A DNA stretch of 64,000 nt from NCBI GenBank assembly GCA_963700285.1, contig CAVOXA010000001.1, forward strand, positions 672,001 through 736,000, given 5' to 3'. The DNA is from an uncultured Chloroflexia bacterium (GTDB taxonomy: Bacteria > Chloroflexota > Anaerolineae > JAAYZQ01). Numbering within the stretch: the stretch's first letter is position 1; every line of letters starts with the position of its first letter. Under the pieces are notes generated by a model. The model searched no databases, was not told where the DNA came from, and saw only the letters and a program-made list of their open reading frames with translations. Positions 27,102-44,647 of the stretch are shown here, piece after piece. The position numbers and the translations under genes are program-made.

Positions 27102-27448
27102 ACAGCCTCGGGCAGCGAAAAAGTAAACTGCCGCTCAGCTCGGGTCACCAGTTCATTCTCGTAGAACACGCCTACGTGCAGCGTGTATTCACCCGGGCCT
27201 GGATCCTTGCGCAGGTGCATGATCTTGTCCAGCATCCATTCTCGATTCTGCAGCAATCGGATGCTGCAGCATTCATCATCGTCTGGACCCACGATCACCA
27301 GATCCATGTCTACGGGCTGCGAGCAGGGCGTTACGTCCACGGCCACATCTACACGCCGCCCATCCAGTGGATTCACGCCCACACTTTCAATGCGGATCTC
27401 GGACACTGGTACCGGCGGCCGGCCTGACGAGAATGGGTTCTGAGACAA
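27098..27448 (-). CDS. Hypothetical beta-rich protein
   Basis: 116-aa ORF overlapping the M50 start; GEYTLHV Ig-like motif. Confidence 0.6.
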   Translation of the reverse strand: MSQNPFSSGRPPVPVSEIRIESVGVNPLDGRRVDVAVDVTPCSQPVDMDLVIVGPDDDECCSIRLLQNREWMLDKIMHLRKDPGPGEYTLHVGVFYENELVTRAERQFTFSLPEAV

Positions 27449-27607
27449 GACTCACTCCGGAGGAAAGCTTTTTGTGTTCAGCTTTCAGCGATCATGATTG
27501 AGAAATTGGTATTCGTCGGTCAGCATCGAGGCCCTCGCCCTTTATGCGATAGGCGTTTGCCCTGCTGCCCTGGGGCGCAAGTTGGATACGATGGCCGAGC
27601 GGTCCTC

Positions 27608-27636
27608 ATTATACACTGCCCGGCTGGTGTGGTCAA
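27608..27636 (-). promoter_or_regulatory. sigma70-type promoter
   Basis: TTGACC-17bp-TATAAT. Confidence 0.65.
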
Positions 27637-27672
27637 ACGCCAGCCGAGCAGTCTCCGTGGTTGCACAACTCC

Positions 27673-29475
27673 TTAAGCGCTGGCTGTCGCCTCCTGTGGT
27701 TGCACTTCCGGCCGGCGCAGGTCACGCATGGCCTGTTGGTCCATGGTCGAGATGCGGGGCATGTCGATCATGTTCATGCGGATCATACGTTCGGTCATTT
27801 TGTTCACAAAAGCACGGTTCAACGCCGGGTAGCCCGCCATCTGGCGCAGCGTGCTGGCTAGTACCTGCAACAGATTGGAATCTTCCTCGAGGATCACGTT
27901 GGCCGTGCGGGGCACTGCGGTCAGGGCCGCAATCTCGCCAAAGAAATCGCCGGCTCGCAGTACCTCCAGTACCCGCTCCCGGCCATCCTCCTCGCGCCCG
28001 GCCACCGCCGTGCCTTCCAGGATCAGGTAGGCAGCGTCGCTGACCTCGCCGTGGCGCAGGACGACGGTCCCGGCCGGTGCCTCGATGTAGGTCATGTCTT
28101 TGAGCAGGCCCTTCCGCTCCTCCGTGCTCAGCTCGGCAAAGGCAGGCATCCGGGTTGCGTAGCGGTTCAGGTCGGCCAGCACCGCCGCCCGGCCTACCGC
28201 CAGCCCTGGCGCGACCGGCACGCTGCGCAACAGGCTCACCGCCCGCCGCCACCGCGCCGCCGGCTGGCGCAGCCCGGGCAGCACGGCCGCCAGCGCCCCG
28301 CCAAACAGAATGAGCAGGGAGGCGGCCAACATCATCCAGCGCACATCCAGCACGTCCGCCAGTCCGGCCAGGGCCATGCCCACCAGGTACACGACATCCC
28401 GCGAGACAAAGTAGGCGCTGGCCACGCGGCCCCGGATCTCACGCTCCGTGTAACGCTGCAGGATCAGCCTGCGACCGATAGCCCCTGGCGCGTTCATGAA
28501 GCCCGAGAGCGTTACCAGCGCAAAGGCCACGGGGATCGATGTGGCCCCGGCGTAAAAGACACCAAAGATCCCCATCCCCAGCCAGCTCAGCGCCATCCAC
28601 TGGCCTTCGCGCAAGCGGTCCACCAGGCCCGCCATCAGCAGGCTGCCAACGACAAAGCCTACCGACGTCAAAGCCTCCTGCACGCCGTACTCAAACTCGG
28701 TGGCCCCCAGGGCTTCTGTGGCAAAGGGCAGGAGCAGCGTGTTCCACATGCCAAAAGCGACCATGATGGGTACCGATACGATCACCAGCGAGCGCAGTAT
28801 CTGCGAGTCGAACATGTACTGGAGGCCGGCCTTGAGGTTGCGCATCACGACCTTGATGTTGGTCTTCTCATCCACGGCATAGGAGGGCACCCGCATGGCC
28901 AGGATGCAGGCAGCTGAGAGGAGAAAGGTCAGGGCGTCCAGGTAGAAGGCCCATTCAATAGCGGCCGCGGATGCGATCAAGCCCGCAGCGGCAAAGCCAA
29001 TCGCCGTCGAACCAAAGGAACTGATGGCCAGCATCGAGTTGGCCGCGCCAAGCTCCTCCTCCGAGGCCACGTCGGGCAGCAGGCTCTCTTCCGCCGGCGC
29101 AAAGAACTGCCCCACCGCGCTGGTCAGCATGATCAGTACATACAGCCAGACGATGCTGTAGGGCACCAGAAAAGGGATGAGCAGGACCAGGAAACCGCGG
29201 ATCACGTCCGAGGCGATCATGATCCGCCGCCGGTCATAGCGGTCGACAAAGACCCCGGCTATCAGGCCCACGACCAGCGTGGGAATGACGGTGGCCATCA
29301 GCATCAGACCGACGCTCAGCGCGGAGCCGGTCAGGCGGTAGACCAGGATCGACGCCGCCAGGGATGTCAGCGAGGTGCCGATGGTGGAGACGAGTTGGCC
29401 GCTCCACAGCAGGGTAAAGTTTCGATTGCGGAAAACGGCAAAGGCTGAGACTTTGCTTTCACCCGCTTCGGTCAT
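27673..29475 (-). CDS. MFS transporter (MFS_3/DHA3-like) with C-terminal cyclic-nucleotide-binding domain
   Basis: FRNRNFTLLWSGQ, GVFVDRYDRRR; CNB motif YLILEG...GDFFGEIAALTAVPRTANV. Confidence 0.92.
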   Translation of the reverse strand: MTEAGESKVSAFAVFRNRNFTLLWSGQLVSTIGTSLTSLAASILVYRLTGSALSVGLMLMATVIPTLVVGLIAGVFVDRYDRRRIMIASDVIRGFLVLLIPFLVPYSIVWLYVLIMLTSAVGQFFAPAEESLLPDVASEEELGAANSMLAISSFGSTAIGFAAAGLIASAAAIEWAFYLDALTFLLSAACILAMRVPSYAVDEKTNIKVVMRNLKAGLQYMFDSQILRSLVIVSVPIMVAFGMWNTLLLPFATEALGATEFEYGVQEALTSVGFVVGSLLMAGLVDRLREGQWMALSWLGMGIFGVFYAGATSIPVAFALVTLSGFMNAPGAIGRRLILQRYTEREIRGRVASAYFVSRDVVYLVGMALAGLADVLDVRWMMLAASLLILFGGALAAVLPGLRQPAARWRRAVSLLRSVPVAPGLAVGRAAVLADLNRYATRMPAFAELSTEERKGLLKDMTYIEAPAGTVVLRHGEVSDAAYLILEGTAVAGREEDGRERVLEVLRAGDFFGEIAALTAVPRTANVILEEDSNLLQVLASTLRQMAGYPALNRAFVNKMTERMIRMNMIDMPRISTMDQQAMRDLRRPEVQPQEATASA

Positions 29476-29490
29476 TGGATCCTCCTCCTT

Positions 29491-32400
29491 TCATGGCCTG
29501 GCAGGTGATCCTGGCCAGGCGTTCCTCCATGAACTTGATGTTTTTGCGCTTCCCCTCCCCCGCAGGCGCTGCGCTGCGGCCGTGAAGTAATGGTGGTTTT
29601 CCAGCATCCTCAATTGGCTGCGGATCCACTGCTCTAGACTTACCGAGACGCCTGATGAGGCCATCTCGGTCTGTAGCGCCTCGTTGCGAGGCAGGAAGTC
29701 GTCGCGACCCAGAACGTCCAAGTCCGCATCGGCCAGGATCTCCTCCAAGGGCGTCTGTGGCGTTTGGGGCAACTGGGTGGCCATGATCATACCCTGGATA
29801 GCTGCCACCTGGGCCTGGGAGAAGCCAAAGGTCGGCAGCAGCTCCGCTGCCAACTCGGCACCAATCCGCTCATGCTCCTGTTGCTGTACTACAAAACCCA
29901 GGTCGTGATACGCGGCTGCCACTTCCAGCAGCTGGGACTCTTCCTGACTTACGCCGGTCATCGCCGCCAGGCGTTGGACTGCCGGCAGAACATCATCCCG
30001 GGTGTGGAACAGGTTGTGGTAGGTCAGCTTGGGCGACAGCTCCCGCTCCAGCCGCTCCAGCGCCAGTGCTTTCGCCCCCTCATAATCTACGTCCTCCTGC
30101 CCATAGAACTCTGTACTGAGCACCGCGGCCCCGGCGTCGAGTTCCAGGCTCTCCTGCAGGTATCGCTCCGCGTCCTCGAACGCGCCTGTTCGTAGTGCCT
30201 CTTGCCCCGCCTTCTCCAGGTAGTCGATCGCCCTCGCCGGTTCCTCCGCCTGCCGCCAGTGATGGGCCAGGGTGGCATAGTGAGGCGCCAGGTTCTCCAT
30301 GTAGCGGCGCTCATAGCCCTCGGCTGCCAGCCGGTGCATGTGGCGCCGCTGGGCGAACAGCATCGAGCCGTATGCCAGCTCCCGGACGGCACCACCTTGG
30401 AATCTGTACGTTTCTTCTGCCGATTCCTGGACCACCAGGCCCGCATCTTCCAACACCCGCAGGTGCTCGCCCAGTCGAGCCCTGCCCGGATCGGCGGGGT
30501 GGATCTCTGCCATCATGGCGACGGAGAACGAGTGCCCGAGCACGCTGGCCAGCTTCAGGGTCAGCTGCTGTCCTGGTGTCAGCTGGTCAATGACGGCCTG
30601 GAGTACTCCCTCATCGCCGGTGGCGCGTTCTGGTTCCCCGAGCGGACAGAAGACCGGGATCGGATCTTCCATGCCCTTGACGGCAACAGGCGGCAGCCTT
30701 TCAAAGGCCATCTGTGCCTTCGCGCCGTGGTACACCGCCTCGTCACAGAGGATAGCGCCTACCTCGGCCTGCATCATCAGCCTGGCTGCCAGGATTGTCC
30801 TGTCGCCCAGGACGCCGTAGGTGCGCTGTGTGGGACCGCCATAGGACCCTGTCCGCATCAGACCCCTGGCCAAGCCCACTTGAACGCCGGTGATAAATCC
30901 CAGCGACGGGGGTGGCGACCGAAGTGCCAGGCCTGCGCCAACAGCCCGGACCTCGTCGTCGCTGTGGGCTATGGGCGCCCCAAAAGCGGCATACAGATAG
31001 CTGCCCTTGTCGCCGGTGGTCAGCTGGATCAGTGCACCCTCCCGCTCTTCGATCACGCTCTGTACCCAGCGCACGTAGGCGTCCAGCTTTTTTCCCGCCT
31101 CCTCATCCCCGTCATAGTCGATGCCTCCAAACCGGACGAACAGGGCAACAGCCGGCCGCAGCTCGGCCAGGAACTGCTTCATGCCGCTGCACATGCGGCG
31201 GTACACCGCGGGCAGGAGCCAGGGCCGGCATTGCTCCTCGGACAGGCTGTTTGGCGGCAGCTCGGGCCAGGGCAGCTCGGGTACAGGCTCATCCAGGCCC
31301 GAGACGACCGCATAGCGCTGGCCTGTGGGATCGTCGATGCGCCAACCGGCAATCCTGACGCTTCCGCCGGCCCGTTCGACGATGCCGGCCTGAACAACGA
31401 CTTCCTCAGGCTGAGCCAGCTGCTCGGCCCGGGCCAGGTCGTCCAGCGTCCGCCCCGCAACGACCTCGATGTTCTGGATCTGGGGATCACCGGCCAGGAA
31501 GCGGCGTACCGGGCCGCATACGACGGCGACCTTGATGGCCAGTGAGAAGGAGTCGCCTGACGGAGTCTGGACGGCGGCGAAGGGAGTCATGGCCTGCTGC
31601 ATGGCCAGCCCGCAAGCTACGGCGCGCAGACCTGCGCCCGCTGATGCTGCGACAGGCTCACCACGCAAGCTGAGGGCAGGGTCGTCATCCAGCCAGCAGG
31701 TGATGGCGTCGCCGCTGAAGCCAATGATGCTGCCCCCGTAGCGGTGTACCTCGGCGATCAGCGCCCCGTAGACCTGGTTCAGCAGCCGGGTGAGCTCCTC
31801 CGCCCCGCGCTGCAGGCCCAGGGACTGGGCCAGGGCGGCCGTGAAAGGTGTAAAGCCGGAGATGTCGGCGAAAATCGCCGCTCCCGTGGTCCGGTCGGGC
31901 AGGGTGCGCCCGTGTACCAGCGCCTGGCGGCGATCCATGGGCACATAGACGCTGGGCGGCTCGACAAAGGCAAGTCGCATCTCCTCGACGTCCAGTTGTA
32001 GCTGCTGCAACTGCTGCTTCAAACGCTGCTCGCGTAGGTACACCTCGCGGGCCATACGCTGAAAGACGCGGGCCAATTGGCCCAGCGCGTCTTCCCGCGC
32101 CGCCACCGTGTCCAGGCTCTCGGGGTCGAACCTCGCCGCCTCTACCGCCTGGGCGGCGCTGGCGACGCGGGCGACCTGTTCCAGGTATTCTAATTCCAGG
32201 TCGCGCAGGCGCTTCTCGGCCAGCGAGGCATTCAGCCGCGCTGCCAGCAGGGCGGGATTAAAAGGCTTGGGCAGGTAGTCGGTGGCGCCCATCTCGATGC
32301 AGCGGACGACGCTGTCCATCTCTTCCAGGGCGGAGATCATGATCACCGGGATGTGGTGCAGGTCGTCGTCAGCTTTGACCTGTTCCAGAACCTGATAGCC

Positions 32401-32598
32401 ATCCATCTCGGGCATCAGGATGTCAAGCAGGATGACGTCGAAAGGCCCAGCCTGGCCCGAACGCAGCAGGGCTAGCGCTTCCTTGCCATTTTCGGCCATG
32501 GTGACCTGATGCCCTTGCCTCCTCACATCACGGTCCAGCATCTTGCGGTTGACGATGTTGTCGTCCACCACGAGGACGTGGCCAGGTTTGGCCGCCAT
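29491..32598 (-). CDS. REC + tandem class III nucleotidyl cyclase + helical/TPR + HD (PDE-like) protein
   Basis: VVDD..LDILMPEMDG..KPF; FADISGFT..GDA; GDKG..LAARLM; YHNLFH..HDLG..DADL. Probable terminal frameshift in a G-run near 29555. Confidence 0.9.
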   Translation of the reverse strand: MAAKPGHVLVVDDNIVNRKMLDRDVRRQGHQVTMAENGKEALALLRSGQAGPFDVILLDILMPEMDGYQVLEQVKADDDLHHIPVIMISALEEMDSVVRCIEMGATDYLPKPFNPALLAARLNASLAEKRLRDLELEYLEQVARVASAAQAVEAARFDPESLDTVAAREDALGQLARVFQRMAREVYLREQRLKQQLQQLQLDVEEMRLAFVEPPSVYVPMDRRQALVHGRTLPDRTTGAAIFADISGFTPFTAALAQSLGLQRGAEELTRLLNQVYGALIAEVHRYGGSIIGFSGDAITCWLDDDPALSLRGEPVAASAGAGLRAVACGLAMQQAMTPFAAVQTPSGDSFSLAIKVAVVCGPVRRFLAGDPQIQNIEVVAGRTLDDLARAEQLAQPEEVVVQAGIVERAGGSVRIAGWRIDDPTGQRYAVVSGLDEPVPELPWPELPPNSLSEEQCRPWLLPAVYRRMCSGMKQFLAELRPAVALFVRFGGIDYDGDEEAGKKLDAYVRWVQSVIEEREGALIQLTTGDKGSYLYAAFGAPIAHSDDEVRAVGAGLALRSPPPSLGFITGVQVGLARGLMRTGSYGGPTQRTYGVLGDRTILAARLMMQAEVGAILCDEAVYHGAKAQMAFERLPPVAVKGMEDPIPVFCPLGEPERATGDEGVLQAVIDQLTPGQQLTLKLASVLGHSFSVAMMAEIHPADPGRARLGEHLRVLEDAGLVVQESAEETYRFQGGAVRELAYGSMLFAQRRHMHRLAAEGYERRYMENLAPHYATLAHHWRQAEEPARAIDYLEKAGQEALRTGAFEDAERYLQESLELDAGAAVLSTEFYGQEDVDYEGAKALALERLERELSPKLTYHNLFHTRDDVLPAVQRLAAMTGVSQEESQLLEVAAAYHDLGFVVQQQEHERIGAELAAELLPTFGFSQAQVAAIQGMIMATQLPQTPQTPLEEILADADLDVLGRDDFLPRNEALQTEMASSGVSVSLEQWIRSQLRMLENHHYFTAAAQRLRGRGSAKTSSSWRNAWPGSPARP

Positions 32599-32599
32599 G

Positions 32600-32959
32600 C
32601 TAGCTGCCCTTCTCGATGGTATCCAGGGCGAGTCTGACCCTCTCGTATTCGGCCGCCGCCTGCGCGATCATGGTCCCGGCACCATCCAAGGGCCCAGACT
32701 TGCCCAGATCTTCCAGTTCCTTACACATGCAGGCGAGCGTCGTCGCCCCAAAGGTGGTACTGTTGGATTTTAGGCTGTGCGCCGCCCGGCGCAGGCCTTC
32801 GCCATCGCCACCAGCCAGAGATGTCTCCATGGCTGCCAACTGGTCTGGTGCATCGCTAAAATAGTCCTGCATCAGCTCGGCCAGGAATTCGTCGTCGCCT
32901 CCCAGGGATGCCAGGAGGGCGTCCAGGGCACCCTGGTCGATCACGCTTGATTCAGTCAT
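32600..32959 (-). CDS. Hpt phosphotransfer protein
   Basis: AAHSLKSNS..GA..L...C..LE. Confidence 0.92.
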   Translation of the reverse strand: MTESSVIDQGALDALLASLGGDDEFLAELMQDYFSDAPDQLAAMETSLAGGDGEGLRRAAHSLKSNSTTFGATTLACMCKELEDLGKSGPLDGAGTMIAQAAAEYERVRLALDTIEKGS

Positions 32960-32982
32960 AGTCTCCTCTCCACCTGATCGAT

Positions 32983-33016
32983 AGACTTCCAAGGTCTACC
33001 GAGACTTCGGAGGTCT
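32983..33016. repeat. Palindromic mini-element, AGACTTC family (intergenic)
   Basis: AGACTTCCAAGGTCT-accg-AGACTTCGGAGGTCT. Confidence 0.75.
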
Positions 33017-33022
33017 GAACCG

Positions 33023-40991
<7,969 letters not shown>

Positions 40992-41509
40992 CTCACTCTA
41001 TCTTTCTCCATGCAGCTTGTTCCCCACCACATTTCTCCACGAAACTGGAGCCGTGCCGCCTCAATCGCCGCCCCGGGATCGTAGCTACCCCTCTGGGCCC
41101 CAGATGGAATCTAGCAGCATGTGCCAGGTTGGAGGCAGATGAGGGATAGGCCGTTGAGAGGGTTTCCGTTGCCTGGACATGGCCCGGAATCCGACGTACC
41201 ACTGCCTGGAGGGCAGGTTGATCCGGTGCCAATGGGGGGCACAGATGGACATAGGTGCCAGAGACGGGCCGGAAACGGTCGACAAGCCTGCCTGGGGTAA
41301 CAGACTATGGATCATGTCCCTCTTTTCCTCCCTGCGCCTCGGACATGGTTTTGGAGATTGCAGCCACAGGCCTCCGCTGGGGCCCTCTGCCTGCATCTGA
41401 ACAGCGATAAGGAGGACGAAGCTGCCCTTTAGGGTCAAGTTCTACTGCCAGGCCGGGGTTCAGCAACGTCTTCGTTGGAATTGAGAGCGTCTAGAACCTA
41501 TGCTTCGGC

Positions 41510-41537
41510 ATTATACCACATAGTTGCTGGGTCGCAA
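41510..41537 (-). promoter_or_regulatory. Probable promoter upstream of the kinase operon (extended -10)
   Basis: TTGCGA-16bp-(TGg)TATAAT. Confidence 0.45.
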
Positions 41538-41627
41538 ACTCGAGCCTCGGAGCATCCAGGATTATGGACGCCGGTAGGGCGAGAGCAGGGTCAATGCGGA
41601 CGGGTTGGATGGGAGCCTGGGGTCTGG

Positions 41628-44123
41628 CTACTGCTCTAGCACGCGTATTGTGGCCAGAGGGTAGGTTGAGCCCAGGGGGAAGGGCCCGCGGCGAACCGGG
41701 AACCAGGCACCGTCGGCGTGCTGCCGGCCCAGGAGGAGGTTGTAGACGCCTGGCGCCAGATCACTTGGCAGGGTCACCGAGCGCGGGTCACGGACGGCTT
41801 GGCCGGCAGCTAGGCGGGCAAAGGGCGCCTGCCCGCCCGCAGGCGCTGACGAGGATTCGGCCAACACGTTGCCTGCGTCGTCAGCCAGGCGCAGTACGGC
41901 CAGGCCAGGCTCCGGCGCATCCTCCAGCGCCTGCCAGAAGAGGTCCACGGGCAGCAGATCGCCCGGCTGCCCTTCGAAGGTCCGCGCATCAAAGCCCAGA
42001 AGTTGCACACCGTCGCCCATGGTCACCTGGATCGGGTACGCTATCTCGGGCGGGGGCAGCGCGGCCCAGTCAGCGGGGGCTACGACCTCGACTTCGCCCA
42101 GGGTCAGGCGATCGCCCCCCTCCCAGGGCAGCCAGATGGGCCGGCCGTCGACAAACTCGTACCAACCTACCTCCAGCCGGTACCTGCCGGGCGGCGTGCC
42201 CGGCGGCACCGGCAGGCGCAACGGGGTGCGTACCCCTTCGCCTGCTGGCCAATCTGCGAGTGTGTAGAGCGAGCCCAGGGGCCGCTCATCGGTCTGCGCC
42301 CAGCGCAGACCTTGATCATCAAAGAGCCCGGCAAAGAGGATCGCATCCTCCTCCAACGGCGCCCCTACCTGCCACACCAGGGCCAGGTCCAGCGCCCCGC
42401 CGGCCTCCACTTCCTGCGCTGAGACCGAAGCTGCCGCCAGTTGCAGTGAGCCGTCGGCCAGCGCTGCACCGGCCGGCAGCGCCGTAGCGGTCCGTGGATC
42501 CTTGCCTGTGAGGTAGCCCTGGACCCGGAGCTGGCTCCCGCCGGTGAAGACTTGGTCCTCAAAGAGGGTGCCGTGCTCGTCAAGCCAGCTTCTGATGTAA
42601 CCCTCCGGGTCGGTGACCGTATCATAGATACGATAGACCCACACCCGGTCATAGTCGGCGAACAGCCGCTCCAGCGCCTGGGCCGTCTTGATACGGTCCA
42701 TGGCGTAAAAGTCGGATTCGGCATTGCCCCAGCCCAGGGTTGGTTCGCCGTCCACCGTACCGGTCTGAAGGACCGTTGGTCCGTCGTCGCCGGTGGATCC
42801 ATCGTAGTTGGGCAAGCGCCCCCGCCAGCCCGGTGGCACTCCCTGCCAGTAGGTCAGCAACGCCGGATAGGCATAGCCGGCGTTGACCAGGATGGCGTCG
42901 CCCGGCCGCCAGCGCTCGGCCAGGAAGCGGACCGCCGCCCGGTGGTCGTCGCTGGCGTAGCGGCTGTCGGTGTGGTAGGCATAGATCGACATTCCGCAAA
43001 AGACTAGGATCAACGCCAGGCCCAGAGCCAACGCCGGACGCCAACGGTGTCCCAGCCAGGCCAAACCCGCTGCCAGGAGGACGTAAAAAGGCGTCGAATA
43101 GGTGAAGGCGTAGCGCACGTGGTACAGGGGCGTGACGAAAGAGGCCAGGTAGATGAGCAGCACCGGGATCAGGACGTAGCCGGCCAGCAGCCAGCGGCTG
43201 GCGGCCGTGTCCAGGAGACCAGAGCCTTCCGCAGCCTGAGGATCAGCCGAGCCTTTGTAGAGGAGGCCCAGGGCGAACAGAACCGCGGTGAGGACCAGCA
43301 GGGGCCAGATACGTATGGGCTCAACCGACTGGCCGAGGCTCAATGCCGACCAGGTTGCTACGATTACACTGGCCAGTGAAGCAAAACCCCGCCAGGGGGG
43401 CACCGGCGGCTGGGTCACCTGCCGCCAGGCTGTGGGGAGCCAGGGGAGGTACAGCAACACAACAACAGCCTGGGCCAGCAGCCACCGTCCCAACCAGGCC
43501 CAGCCCAGCCGTGCCCGCCGCCAACCCGCCAACCACCAGATGATGATCATCAGGTTTACGGCCATCAGTAAAAAGGCAAAGTAGTAGAGGGTCCACAGGC
43601 CCAGTGCCGCGGACAGCACATAAGCGCCCAACAGGGACCACGATGGCCCTGTTCCAGATGGGGTTCTCAGAAGCGAGACCACAGCGAGGAGCACGACCAT
43701 GCCCAGGACCGCCCCCAGAGTGTACATCCGTACCTCTTGGGAATACCAGAGGTTGTAGGGGGAGAGGGCGACCAGCAGGGCAGCAAGCAGGCCGACATCC
43801 GCGCCGAACACGAGCCGGCCCAGGCGATAGGCCAGGGGCACCAGGAGCAGACCGAAAAAGAGTGAGAGGTAGGCGGAGGAAAAATCGCTGCTGGATGCTA
43901 CCTGGCTCCAGGCGTGGAGAAGTGAATAGTAGCCTGGGGGGTGGATGTCGCCGGCGGTGTGGGCCACCAGATCCGGGATGGTCTTGGTCGCCAGGTGGAC
44001 GCTAACGGTCTCGTCATACCACAGGCTCTCCGAGCCCAGACGGTAGACGCGCAGGCCATAGGCCAGCAGCAAGGTGGCGACCAGCGCCCAGTGGCGGAGT
44101 GCGGCTCTGTTCCGAGTGGTCAT
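41628..44123 (-). CDS. GT-C fold membrane glycosyltransferase (PMT/GT39-like) with C-terminal extracellular domains
   Basis: SLWYDE, DIHPPGYY, YSQEVRMY, many TM helices. True start probably MTTRNR at 44123; the longer ORF is read-through of the repeat array. Confidence 0.85.
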   Translation of the reverse strand: MTTRNRAALRHWALVATLLLAYGLRVYRLGSESLWYDETVSVHLATKTIPDLVAHTAGDIHPPGYYSLLHAWSQVASSSDFSSAYLSLFFGLLLVPLAYRLGRLVFGADVGLLAALLVALSPYNLWYSQEVRMYTLGAVLGMVVLLAVVSLLRTPSGTGPSWSLLGAYVLSAALGLWTLYYFAFLLMAVNLMIIIWWLAGWRRARLGWAWLGRWLLAQAVVVLLYLPWLPTAWRQVTQPPVPPWRGFASLASVIVATWSALSLGQSVEPIRIWPLLVLTAVLFALGLLYKGSADPQAAEGSGLLDTAASRWLLAGYVLIPVLLIYLASFVTPLYHVRYAFTYSTPFYVLLAAGLAWLGHRWRPALALGLALILVFCGMSIYAYHTDSRYASDDHRAAVRFLAERWRPGDAILVNAGYAYPALLTYWQGVPPGWRGRLPNYDGSTGDDGPTVLQTGTVDGEPTLGWGNAESDFYAMDRIKTAQALERLFADYDRVWVYRIYDTVTDPEGYIRSWLDEHGTLFEDQVFTGGSQLRVQGYLTGKDPRTATALPAGAALADGSLQLAAASVSAQEVEAGGALDLALVWQVGAPLEEDAILFAGLFDDQGLRWAQTDERPLGSLYTLADWPAGEGVRTPLRLPVPPGTPPGRYRLEVGWYEFVDGRPIWLPWEGGDRLTLGEVEVVAPADWAALPPPEIAYPIQVTMGDGVQLLGFDARTFEGQPGDLLPVDLFWQALEDAPEPGLAVLRLADDAGNVLAESSSAPAGGQAPFARLAAGQAVRDPRSVTLPSDLAPGVYNLLLGRQHADGAWFPVRRGPFPLGSTYPLATIRVLEQ

Positions 44124-44164
44124 CCAATGAACCTGGCGATGCCTGACACTGGCAGCACTCTCCA

Positions 44165-44480
44165 TCTGCTCTGCGTGGACCGCAGTCCACGCGCGAGCGC
44201 CAAGCTCGCTGGACTGTGGTCCAGCAAGAGCAGAACCAAGGAGGCGAGTCCCCTTCGCCGTCTGCTCTGCGTGGACCGCAGTCCGCGCGCGAGCGCCAAG
44301 CTCGCTGGACTGTGGTCCAGCAAGAGCAGAACCAAGGAGGCGAGTCCCCTTCGCCGTCTGCTCTGCGTGGACCGCAGTCCGCGCGCGAGCGCCAAGCTCG
44401 CTGGACTGTGGTCCAGCGAGAGCAGAACCAAGGAGGCGAGTCCCCTTCGCCGTCTGCTCTGCGTGGACCACAGTCCACGC
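44165..44480. repeat. Tandem array of a 96-bp structured unit (3.3 copies)
   Basis: Units start at 44165, 44261, 44357 and 44453; near-identical, with no variable spacers. Confidence 0.95.
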
Positions 44481-44647
44481 ATTTGGCGTTGGCCTCGCCA
44501 GACTGCCTTAGCTCAAGAACCCGTCCCAGCAACAAGCGAAAATGCTTTTAGTGCGTGCTTTGGCTCGTTTCTGGCTGTTTCACAGCGCTGATGCGCCTGC
44601 TACGAACGGTTCACGCTCTGGTGCATGGTTCGCCTCGCAAAGAAAAG

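Noticed and set aside
29491-29560. Unusual C-terminus RGRGSAKTSSSW of the cyclase-HD protein
   Set aside because: Adding one base in the G-run gives GEGKRKNIKFMEERL, a typical HD-domain ending; probable homopolymer error
44124-44471. N-terminal 32-aa repeat domain on the glycosyltransferase
   Set aside because: Most simply read-through of the DNA repeat, which is open in several frames; the family-typical sequence begins at ~44123
44165-44480. CRISPR array
   Set aside because: Units are contiguous and nearly identical, with no unique spacers and no cas genes in the window
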